64,000 nucleotides of DNA, from NCBI GenBank assembly GCA_013239625.1, contig MU053557.1, positions 937,063 to 1,001,062 of the forward strand, read 5' to 3'. Of this stretch, positions 53,609-64,000 are shown one piece after another (position 1 is the stretch's first letter; every line of letters begins with the position of its first letter). Source of the DNA: Lama guanicoe (taxonomy: Eukaryota). The notes below the pieces were generated by a model. That model searched no databases and was not told the DNA's origin. It saw only the letters and a list, made by a program, of their open reading frames with translations. The position numbers were made by a program, and so were the translations under genes.

Positions 53609-54330
53609 TGTAAGATTATAAAAGTCAGTCGTCATAAGGGATAAAATGTTGGGGCGTTCCTAGAGAGGCTGTGACCGCTGGCTGACCCTTGAGCTTAACC
53701 CCAGCGAGCGGAGGCTCCTCAGCCAATCCCTGTCCTCAGGCTGCAAGCTCCGCCCACCGCCCCCACAGGCCGAGCCGTTTTGCAGGGAGGCAGCCTCGCG
53801 AGAGCTGCGGAACTGGAACCACCTGGAGGGAATCCTCTTTCCAGTCACGCGTCTCCGTATAAACTTGTGAGGCGCCGGCCGCGACGGGCGCGTGGGGAGG
53901 TCGGCGTCTTGCGGTGCCCAGGACAAGCCGCGGGAGTAAGTCCCCTTGCTACTTAGACTGTCGCCTCCCACGGTGGAGGCGCCTGCTCTTTTCTAGGTCT
54001 CTCGTTGCTGTTTGGGGGGGGTCCTGTTTGGGAACCAGCAACGCCTGAGGGTGTTATTTAGCTGGTTTGGGGGTGCGGCTTAGTACTTCTCTTTTGAAGC
54101 TTCTCCGGTAATTTTAATACGCTGCCAGCATTGAGAAACTTTGCTTTTAGGCTTCTGGAGGCCACACTCGGACACGGTTTTTCCAGAAATGAAAAAACGC
54201 CGTGGTGGAGTTGAGGCGTTTGCCGAGAGGAGCGGAGGCCGAGGCGCAGGCCTTCTGGACGGCTGCTCTCCCTGGGGAATGCGCTTCCTGCCCCGTCTTC
54301 AAGATGGATAGCACTGTATTGTGTAAGTAC
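53609..54330 (+). promoter_or_regulatory. CpG-island-like promoter, probably the 3' LTR (~53609-54043) of the env-bearing ERV plus flank
   Basis: About 30 CpGs in ~440 bp (hand count). CCAAT 53723-53727, GC box 53750-53755, CTCGCGAG palindrome 53795-53802, CTCTTTCC ~53835-53842, TATAAA 53858-53863 and donor GGA|GTAAGT at 53936. Confidence 0.7.
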
Positions 54331-56267
54331 TACATTTTATTATTCCTCATACAAGATTTTTATTACTTGTTTGACTCCTGGGTAACCGAATTCTGTGATA
54401 ATTTGCAAATTTGACAAGCGCCGAATTATGAATGCATTTCACGCGTCTTGTTGGAAGCCGGGTATTAAGCACTGTATTGTGCAATTGCCTCAAGGCTGCA
54501 CTTTACAAGTTTTAAGAACCCCCCAGAAAGGTTCTTCCCTCTGCTCCAGAGCACTCCCAGTGAATCTTCGCAAACTTGACTTCTCCCGTTGCCCGCAGTG
54601 ACTTGGCGGCCAAACAGGCTTTTCTCAAGTTTTTGCAATCAGCCCGTATTCTCCTTTTAAAACACTAGTTTCAGCTCTTATTTTTAGAGTCTTCTAATAC
54701 ACCCTGATAAATGTTCTTCTCCTAAGGGCTTGTCAGGAACAAGGGTGATTGATAAACTTTTCCAAAGGGAAGAGAAAAATGTTCTCTCTAATATCTGCCG
54801 TTGTGACAGATTACATAAATAATGTTCTAAGGCTAATCGGTACTAAATGAATTTTGTATTTTAAATGTTTTCTGCAGCCATCCAGGTATGAATCACGTTT
54901 CTTTATCAAAATCATTATGAGGGCCGCCTTGACTTGTAAAATCTAGCAAATAAATATGGGAAAGCAAATGGTGCTAGGTGCCTGCGTTTGTATTATTAGG
55001 GCATTGTTTATTCTGCCAGCTCATAAATCATCACTCTATGTGAAAAGACTTGCCACGGAAACATAAAATCGTTGTCCTTGGTCATCACCAGACGACTGGG
55101 GCTTCGGCTGTTCACTCCTTGTTGGTGTTGGATTCTTTTTTTTGTTTCCTGTATTTTGGGACAGAATTCTTTGTGGCAGAGGTTTCTGAAATGTGTCAGG
55201 CAGGGCAATTTGAGGTGCTACATGAGCAAATATTTTGATCTTAGCAATTGCAGTATTTATCTATCTTTGACAATTAAGCCTTCTGATGGAAAATGCTTCC
55301 TACTTTGCTTGCCTCCAGAGGCATGGAAGCAGAAAAAGCTGAAAAGGAACAAAACAGGGAGTAAAAAAAGAGGAGCTAAAGGAAGGGAAAAGAGGAGGGG
55401 TCCAATGCTGAGAAAGGTATTGGACCCTGGGGTCCTACTAGAGATAGAAGGATTTATAGAGGTAGTAACATGTGTGTAAAAGCTTCTGACACTTTTCCAT
55501 TGGGCGGGTCTGTCTCCTGTGGCCACTGAAACTGCAGTTAGAGAACTCTGCTCCTGATCCAGTGCACCCATCCTTAAGAGCAGAGGGAGAGGGGGCTTTG
55601 GAAAGGTGAGTGGAGAGAAAGATGGGCAACAACAAAGACATGATCACTCTTGGGAAACCAGGCAGTGAGACTGGGGCTCAAAAGATTTTTAGAATCGTTG
55701 ACAGTTCAAGGCTACACAACTCTGGGGATGTGTGTGCTTGAGGCATATGACAGGGGAACCATGTTATAATAGAGAACTCTCTTCGTTTATTAATGAACAT
55801 GAGTATAATTCCTAGCTGTATGTTTAAGTCACCCTGTGACCTTGACACAAACCCTTTCCCTTCTGAGCCTCAATATCCTCTTCTGTAAAATGCAAATTTT
55901 CAAAATGTTTTCATTGCCATTTTTAAGAACCACTAAGTCCAGTATGATTGTTGTTGCTGTAAGTATTTTTTTTTGTTATCTTATATTCATGGCGAGATTT
56001 CACATTTACTTTTAGGTAATTTTATTTAAGTTAAAATGATTCTACTTGAAGAAAAATAAGTCAGTAATTATAGTAAGAGCTGACGCTCTGATGGCATTTG
56101 TCATTCTGTCACGCTTTACACGTATTTGATTGTCATGTGATTATACTTTGCATTAAAATGCTTTGCATTAAAATCCTATTCTAGTCCCACTTTATAGACC
56201 CTGAGATGTAGCAGTTGAATATCATGGTCAATGTCAGACAGTTCATGAGTGGAGGAAGGTCCAAAAC

Positions 56268-56807
56268 TGTATCTGTCCAACGAGTCCAAACTCGTTCTGC
56301 TCGCCGCACAATAGGCCAGTAAATTGGAAGACGAAGTGTTGGGGCAAGGAATAGTGACTTTATTTGGAAAACTGGCAGACCGAGAAGATGGCAAACTAAT
56401 GTTGTGGAGAACTGTCTTTCTCAAATCAGAATTCAGGCTCCTTTTATACTAAAAAGGGGCGGGGTGTGTTGGTTGTTGCAAACTTCTTGGTGTAGAAATT
56501 CTTTGTTCTTGGAATCTCTTGTTCTTGTAGCTGTCCACGTGGGTCAGGTCATGGTGCCCCTGTAAAACCGCTAACAAAACTTTTGTATTCTGCAACTTGT
56601 TATCTTTATATAAATGCAGAAGTGTTAATACCCTTAAAGGTCAGAACCCTGAGAATAGGCTCTCCTGTGTATTTCAGGCTAAAGGCAATGTTCTTGTACA
56701 AAAGATGCAGAGCCAGCAAGACTAAGCCTAGAAAACAGGGCGCAGAGTTAAATTAAAGCCAAAGGAACATATTTAATATGGAATCAGATTTGTTCTCTTC
56801 TCTTACA
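56268..56807 (-). mobile_element. ERV1 solo LTR (MER41-like) inserted in a MIR
   Basis: The minus strand starts TGTAAG...TCTGATTCCATATT and has TATAAAA (~56443-56449), a GC box and AATAAA (~56359-56364). MIR halves lie on both sides. Confidence 0.7.
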
Positions 56808-57224
56808 GACCTGTATGCTCTGGCTCCACAGTCAACAATGTTACTCTACTCCATCATTCTACTAGTCTACCTCTGAAGTATCAATACAAAAAGAATTATT
56901 TGGCAAAAACAGGGAGGTTGCTACTCATGAGACACTGAGTAAGTGTCTAAATTTCACTTGGTATCTCATTAAATGAAGAAACAGGTGTTAAGCACTGTAT
57001 TGTGTAATTGCTTCAACTCTGCACTTCACCAGTTTTAAGAACTCACCCCTGAAAGGTGTTTCTTAAAGCTTTGTCTAGTATGTAAAATGAATGCTCAAAA
57101 ATGCTGTCATAGATGAACAAATGAATGAGTTTATATTCTATATCATAATCTATGGTATCTTTCTAAAACTCAAATTATATCCTGTCACTCCCCTGGTTAA
57201 ACTTTTTTGGTGGTTTCCCATTAA

Positions 57225-57390
57225 GTTTGCCAGAGCAGGGGCACCCAGTTAAACTTGGATTTCAGATAAACAGTTTTTTGGGGGGCGGGGTATAATATAA
57301 TCTGGGCAATATTTGAGACACATTTATCCTAAAAATTATTCACTGCTTATTAAATTCAAATTTAGCTGGGCCTCTTGTATTTTTCTGTCT
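57225..57390. mobile_element. MER53-like palindromic hAT MITE within L2
   Basis: Inverted arms cacccagttaaacttggatttcagataaaca ... aaattcaaatttagctgggc. Confidence 0.7.
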
Positions 57391-57716
57391 ACCGTACTCT
57401 TCATTGCCCTCAATGTAAAGTCCACGTTTTAAAGTTAGCTTTCGAGTTTGCAGTCTGTTCACAGCTTACTTTCAACCTCTTCTTGCACCATTCCCAGTGT
57501 AGACTTCATGTTTTAGCTGCATCTGGATATTTTCAGTTCCCTGAACATATACTACCCTAATATGACCTTTTCATATACTGTTCTCTCTTCAGACTGTTCT
57601 TAACCTGAGTCTTTCGTCATTCAGATTAAATGATACTCAGGAATTCCTAAGTCTAGGTTAGGGGCCACCATGCTGCTCTCCAGCCAGAGTTCCCATTACG
57701 CTGTGTAGTAACTGCC

Positions 57717-57830
57717 TTTTCTTTCATTGAAGTATAGTCAGTTACAATTTGTCAACTTCTGGTGTACAGCATAATGTTTCAGTCATACATACACATCATA
57801 TGCATACATATATTCACTTTTTCTTTTTAA
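57717..57830 (-). mobile_element. Truncated L1 3' end
   Basis: ttgaagtatagtcagttacaat...tggtgtacagcataatg. Confidence 0.8.
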
Positions 57831-59305
57831 CTTGTTTATCTTTCTCTAGATTTTAAGCTCTTGGGGGGCAGAGGCTGTCTACATCTTGCTTACTGTTGCA
57901 TTCTTGTTGTATGCGCACTACATGGTATGATCTAAAGCAATGTTTGTGGAAGAAAATGACCTTAAGAGCTTAATTATGGAGCAAACTCAGATCTTTGATT
58001 ATTTTGTGGATTCAGAAAACAAGTGGTTGACAATATATACACAATAAAATGAGTGTTGATGCATGCCTCTATTCTTCATGTTTTGCTCGTTTAAGATCTA
58101 TTTTGCAAATGAATGCATTTAACATTAGAAACAAAGCTTTAATTTTTTTTCAGATGGAATAGATATAGTGATCTCCTTTCAGAAGCACCATCTATTTTGT
58201 TCAAATGAATGATGCATAAAATTATATCTTTAATCATCCCAATAAGTCATTACAACTTCATAGGTTATTTATCAGTTCCCACAGAATTTAACATCAAAAT
58301 GTCATTGACCCAGTTAGTTAATTCTATGTCTGAGTATTAGCAACTTTTCTATAGTCTGAATGTATTAGACAGTAGTAAGCCCCACAAAGGAACCAGGCTG
58401 TATGGGACATAGTGCTCAGCTATTTAAGGCATCCTGGGGACATTCTTGGCAAATATCTTTCCAGAACTTAGATTGGTCAGTGGATAATCAATAATGTAGC
58501 CATTTTCTAGAGAGGGCTATCTTAGCAACCAGTTAAGATTTTTTTTTTCATGCTAATATGGATCCAGCACCTTTATCACGTTGCGTATGGAGAACTTACC
58601 AAAAAGCTCTGCTTTATCAAGATCATTTCATCCAAATCAAATAGATTTTTACCATGGCATGTAAGCAGACTGCTAACAACAACAAAAAAATAGATAAGAA
58701 CATGAGATTTTGAGTTGAAGATTGCTCTTAAAACTTTCTGATTCTGTTACTCTGAGCCTCATTCATCTTTTTTTTTTTTTTTTTGTAAAATGGGGCCACT
58801 GATACCTACTTGTGGAAGAATATTGCTTTAGGTTTCTAACTTTTTCTAATGACTTTGGCTGCAGTTAAAAAAAAAATGTTGCTTATCTGTTTGTCTGCCT
58901 ACCTGTGTGATTTTTCTCTTCTCCTTGGATATATACATGCAAACACACACACAGAAGTGGAAATTTACACAACCCTTCTGCTACCCTGGATCAAATACCA
59001 CCTGAAAGCAACCAGATGTGCGCTGAACATAAGGGAAGTCAGCCTCCTTTGTCTTAGTTTGACAACAGCTGTACTTTACCTTTTTAGGATGTATAAATAC
59101 CAGTAAGACTACTGAAACAAGTCGTATCAGTTCTAATTGTTTTCCCAAGTGGTGCCAAATGAACTTGACTGTTCTTTGTGATACTTGTTGCATTTTGATT
59201 CCATCGGCCTTGGGAGGATGACAATGAAGCTGATAGAGGTATAATTACTGTTTCTCTACATATCCACATATCTCTGCAATAAAATTCAATGTATGTCTTT
59301 TTCTT

Positions 59306-59563
59306 TTTTCTTTTTTTTGTTTCTATGGAACTTAGTACTGTGGCTAGATTTTTTTTTTTTGAGGTCTGTCTTGTTTTCTTTATTTGCATTCTTTTTTTTT
59401 TTAATGAAGTATAGTCAGTTTACAATGTTGTGTCTATTTCTGATGGACAGCATAACGTTTCGGTCACATACATACATGTATTTGTTTTCATATTCTTTTT
59501 CATTATAGGTTACTACAAGCTATTGAATATAGTTCCCTGTGCTATACAGTAGAAACTTGTTTC
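59306..59563 (-). mobile_element. Truncated L1 with 3'-transduced sequence
   Basis: L1 3' end at 59403-59563 with three poly(T) tracts. A perfect 13-bp TSD atgtctttttctt lies at 59293-59305 and 59564-59576. Confidence 0.8.
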
Positions 59564-60221
59564 ATGTCTTTTTCTTGCAGCCTTTAAAAACTGCTGAAAA
59601 TACAAGGGTCTGAACTTACATGTGTGCCTAATAATGTTGGTAATGATTTGCTTTTAATAGTGAAAGTTTGGAAATAGCATAACTGTCTAAAAATAGTGGA
59701 AGTTCATGGCTGTTCTTCACAAGTCTTCACTGAGGAGCACATCAGGAATGTGCTCTAATACAGCTGTGTTTTGAGCAGCACCTGGTTTTACCTGGCTGCC
59801 CTGAGGACAAGGTTGATCAATATCTGGAAGCATACCTGAAGCCCATTCATGGCATGCTGATTGGAAGGTTCTGAATCATGGTATACACATAAGTTGAAAT
59901 ATTTGAAGCTGGCAGAAATGCTGACGTCAGTCTAAATGTATTGGCATTAAAAGATGTCTGTAGCAGATTGTATAGGAAGGGGAAAAAGGTTAGATTTGAG
60001 TACATATAGTTTATACAACTTACTCATAAATGCATGCCTAAAGAAATGTCTGGAGGGAGAGTCTCCAATATTTTATTGCTAAGTAATAAGATTCTGGGTG
60101 ATATTTTAAATCTTTTATGTAAAGATTCGTTGGAGTTTAAATGTGTTCACTGTTATGAGATGTAATTTTCCCCAAATGATAATCCTATATATATTAAATC
60201 AGGAGTGAGATTTCACGTTCT

Positions 60222-60730
60222 ATTGTTGACATTGAATTCGTCGTCCTCCATCCTGCTTCTTTCCTATTGGATGACAGCCTTACACTTTGGGGGATCGGGT
60301 TCAGTTTCCTATGGGTGGACCAGGATGAGTTCAAGCCATTGCTTTTACCAGTGGTTGATTCAGAACACTGTCTAAGGTAATGAGATCATGTCTGCTTTTA
60401 GGCCACAGATGATTTGAGAATTGGGAATCTGACTCAGTTTAGAATATGAAGATGGGAGTACACTTTCCTGATGTTTTCTGAAAGTTTCCTTAGAATAGAG
60501 ACTTACATAGGTGATCATCCCTTCTTTCTCTGGATCTTTTTTTCATTGTTGATGGGCCGTTTTGCCCGAACATTGAACCAGAGTTAAGAGAATTGAAAAG
60601 AAATGGAGTCAGAGTCCCTAAATTAAGCACTCTGGAATCCTATTTTACTCACTTTCCCAAGCAAATTCTCTTTCTGTAGCTTGATAAACAGTTTGATTTC
60701 CTTGTAGTTGGAAACATTTTCATAGAGTGA
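60222..60730 (+). mobile_element. Old MaLR LTR (MLT1-like)
   Basis: Degenerate MLT1-type motifs (ccagtggttgattcagaa, tgactcagttt, aaattctcttt...cttgtagttg). Confidence 0.4.
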
Positions 60731-60924
60731 TCTACTTGGTTAGAGGCGAGAGCAGAGCTACTCTACTTCCATGCAGACATGTCAGAGGGGTTCTTTATCA
60801 GGTGTGGTGAGGTACAGATAAAGATAGCGGCCATGTCTGTCTATCTAGTGTACATATACACACACGTGCAACGTATATATGCTATTTTAATGTGTACGTT
60901 ACAAAACTAAACCAGTTTTGTGAA

Positions 60925-61215
60925 TTGTCTTAGTGCTGTGGAAATAGACATACCATATATGTGATGTTAAAATTTACAGTTGTCTCATTTCAAACTAAAC
61001 ATAAACGTGAAATTCGTCTTGATAATATATTACTTCACTCAATGTATCTAAAATAGCTTTTCAACATTTAACCAATACAACATTATTAATGACCTACTTT
61101 TATTTTTTGTATTAAATCTTCGAAATCTGATATGTGTTTTGTGCTATTTTTGAGCACATCTCCATTTCGGGAGCTGCATTTGACTGCCTAGTAGCCACAG
61201 GTGTCTAGCATTATT
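60925..61215. mobile_element. MER33-like hAT element
   Basis: gtgaaatt...aatatattacttcactcaat...aaatcttcgaaatctg...agcacatctc...tagccacagg. Confidence 0.6.
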
Positions 61216-61393
61216 AAACGTCATGAATCTGTCTTCATGCTGGTGTTTTCCAAGAGCTAGCAGCAATGGCAAATTCGGGAGTTGATTCTATGCATTCTTA
61301 GACCCCACGCCAGACCTACTGAATCAGAATCTGCATTTTTGCAGGATTCTCTGGCGATTTGATTGTACATTAAAATCTGAGTAGTTATTAGTT

Positions 61394-61808
61394 TTACTCT
61401 TTTTTAATTGAAGTACAGTCAGTTACAATGTGTCAATTTCTGGTGTACAGCACAATGTCCCAGTCATGCATATACATACATATATTTCTTTTCATAGTCT
61501 TTTTCATTAAAGGTTATTACAAGTTACTGAATATAGTTCCCTGTGCTATATAGAAGGAATTTTTTTTTTTGAATCTGTTTTTGTATATAGTGGCTAACAT
61601 TTGCAAATCCCAGACTCCCAGGTTTATCCCTTCCCACTCCCTTTCCCCCCGGTAACCATAGATTGTTTACTATTTGAGTCTGTTTGTTTTGTAGATGAGT
61701 TCATTAGTGTCCTTTTTTTCTTTTTTGAGATTTCACAAGAGTGATGTCATACGGTGTTTTTCTTTCTCTTTCTGGCTTACTTCACTTAGAATGATGATCT
61801 CTAGGTCC
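61394..61808 (-). mobile_element. 5'-truncated L1 (relatively young)
   Basis: Reverse L1 3' end with a perfect 11-bp TSD agttattagtt at 61383-61393 and 61809-61819. Confidence 0.9.
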
Positions 61809-64000
61809 AGTTATTAGTTGTATTATTGTTAAGGTTGGTGTTACTCTGATATTGGCAGAAATGAACTGTTCATACCTACCCCCTCAGCGACTCTAAGCTG
61901 TGTGGCAGGGCTAGGGCAAGCGGGAGGTACAGACGAGATAAAGTGCTGACCAGTGCCTGAACGTAGGCCTGGGTGGAGCTAGTTCAGGAGTGGTAGGGAC
62001 TCTCCAGACTGTAGTCCTGATGCTAGTCCTGAGATGGATCCACAGGCCTCATAATAATGAAAAGATTGATTGTAAATCCCATGTGAATGGCACAGCTGTA
62101 ATGTGTTGATGTCTTCATAATCAACAGATTTATTTATACAGTCTTGTTTTGCATGAGAAATGTCTGATATGGGATTGTTGGTAAAATATTTACAGATCTT
62201 CAAATTATCTTTTGAAAGGAGGGGCTGGAAATTGAATTGAACAATATAAGGTCTTCATTAGGCTCTTGTCACATGCCAGGTTTCTGTGTATTTGCTTTGA
62301 TTTGATTCCGGTTGGCTTTGTGGTTTTTTTTCCCCCCCAGTGATATACGATGTCAATTTATCAGGTAAAAATTCCTCATTCAGTGGAAGGGGGAGGCCAG
62401 TGAATTCTCAGGAAAAGCAGAGCTGGTTTTGGATTTCACCGTGGGCGTAAACCTGGGTACATTTGTCTCCTCTATAGTTATTTTTCTATTCATCCCAAAC
62501 CTTATCTGAATAGATAATAAACCACTTCATGAGCAGATGTGCCACTTATTCATCTAGTTCCGTAACGATAATGAAGAAAATTTAATCTGAAGTGTCTGTG
62601 GAAGATGAACTAAAGCCAGATTGGTATGAATAATAAAGGCTCTGAAATGTTGGGCCCCACGTGAGACACCAGTCATGACGTACTTGACGGTGACAGAGTC
62701 CAGTGGTGCACAGGAACCACCACCTCCTGGTGCTGGATCCACAAAGAGCTGCTGTTTCTGCACATGTAAACATTCAAAGTTGCTTAGAGCATAAAGAAGC
62801 ATAAAGGATACATTTTCTTGCAGCTGGAAGTAACATCTGACATTGCAAAAAGCTGCAAATGTGTTGGAGGGATTGCTTTATTCAAATAAATGTAAGAAAC
62901 TCAAAAACATGTGCATCTTAACATTTTTGTTAAAAAAAAAACAAATTGAGACCAATTTCCCTCTAAACTGTGCAAAATGATCTCTTGGGAGATAATGATT
63001 AGCTTGAAACCTGCTGCACATTTGACCTTAGTTTTATACACGATACATAGCTGCTCTTGACGTAAAGGGACAGGTGGTCTCTGTAGCTAGAAGGCACTTG
63101 AGTGTTCAGTGAACTCCAAACAGGACTTTGTAATATGGATTGTGTTTCTTTCTCATTCCTTATTGAATTCAGTGCATTACACAACCACAACAGCTTATAG
63201 ACTCTAAAAACGTGGGTTTTGTCCAGCATTAGCCACATACCCAACATTTTCAAAACAGTTACCTTTCCTCTGTGCTTTTGTGTCTGTTTGGAAAACGAAT
63301 ATCAGTTCCCCTTGTGGATATATTGGCCTGAATGGCCTTTATAAGTTGTACTTTCTTGGTAGATCCTTGTGGCAATGATAGACACCTAAATAATTCTGTC
63401 ATGTTGAAACAATGGCAAGAAGTATATATTGTGCACAGAAAATCCTGCTTTGACCTTTGTGTGTGGCACCACTTAATAATTCAGTTAACAAACCCCATGA
63501 GAAACAGTTTATAATTATTTCTTAAAAGTCAACATGGTTGTAAAATGGCTTGCCAATATAAGCAGAACAGGCAATTTACAATAACAGGTCCATGCTGTAC
63601 TTAGACTTTTCAGTGAATTTAATACTTTTAAGATAGCCAAACCACTAGCCCCAAGGAAATTATCAACCTGTTTCTTTATAGTACAAACAGAATATGAAGT
63701 TTTGCCTCAGGAAAGATGTCTTATATTCAAATCAGTGATACTTATTGATATTGAGCTTTTCATATGCTACACCACCCACTTTGCTCCCAGCTTTCTTCTC
63801 TCCTGTATCCTGCTTCTGGGAATGGCTCCATTATCCACCAGGCTTTTGCCTCCCATCACTCTCCTTCATTGTTTCACCCTTTACGCCTGGTCTAGCTTAT
63901 CTATACTCTCATGTTACCTTCTGAAATGAGACCGTCTTACGTGTCTCTTGTGAGCTGTTTGAAGGCAGACACTAAGCCCTACCAGTCTCTGTATCTGAAA

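Noticed and set aside
54700..54818. Possible intronic H/ACA snoRNA (caccct/agggtg hairpin, AGAGAA, ACA), prompted by the TCT-like motif upstream
   Set aside because: No two-sided pseudouridylation pocket and the second hairpin is too short. An Rfam search would settle it.
56146..56174. Small 10-20 bp tandem duplications (also near 8425, 42745 and 50229)
   Set aside because: Ordinary slippage events.
62655..62746. Two hairpins ending in ACA+3
   Set aside because: No ANANNA H box between the hairpins.

Overview
Mammalian genomic DNA, most likely a camelid, judged from a Vic-1-type tRNA-derived SINE at ~26 kb. The only protein-coding sequence I can support is the terminal exon of KCTD16 (9132-9586, + strand, C-terminal/H2 region). 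It is preceded by its last intron and followed by a probable ~11.5 kb 3' UTR ending near an AATAAA at 21064. The rest is intergenic DNA rich in MIR, L2, L1, MER DNA transposons and LTRs. The most interesting structure is at 51.7-54.3 kb. A decayed gamma-type ERV env gene, split at its immunosuppressive domain by a MER21-like LTR, runs directly into a CpG-rich segment at the expected 3' LTR position. That segment carries CCAAT, GC-box, CGCG, TCT and TATA motifs and a GTAAGT donor but no poly(A) signal, and candidate short exons follow. I infer an exapted LTR promoter for an unannotated, probably non-coding, transcript. Other observations include a serial L1 3' transduction, a twin-primed L1, tandem duplications and a MEIS/PBX motif cluster. 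Repeat family names come from recalled consensus similarity, not a database search, and repeat boundaries are approximate unless TSDs are given.
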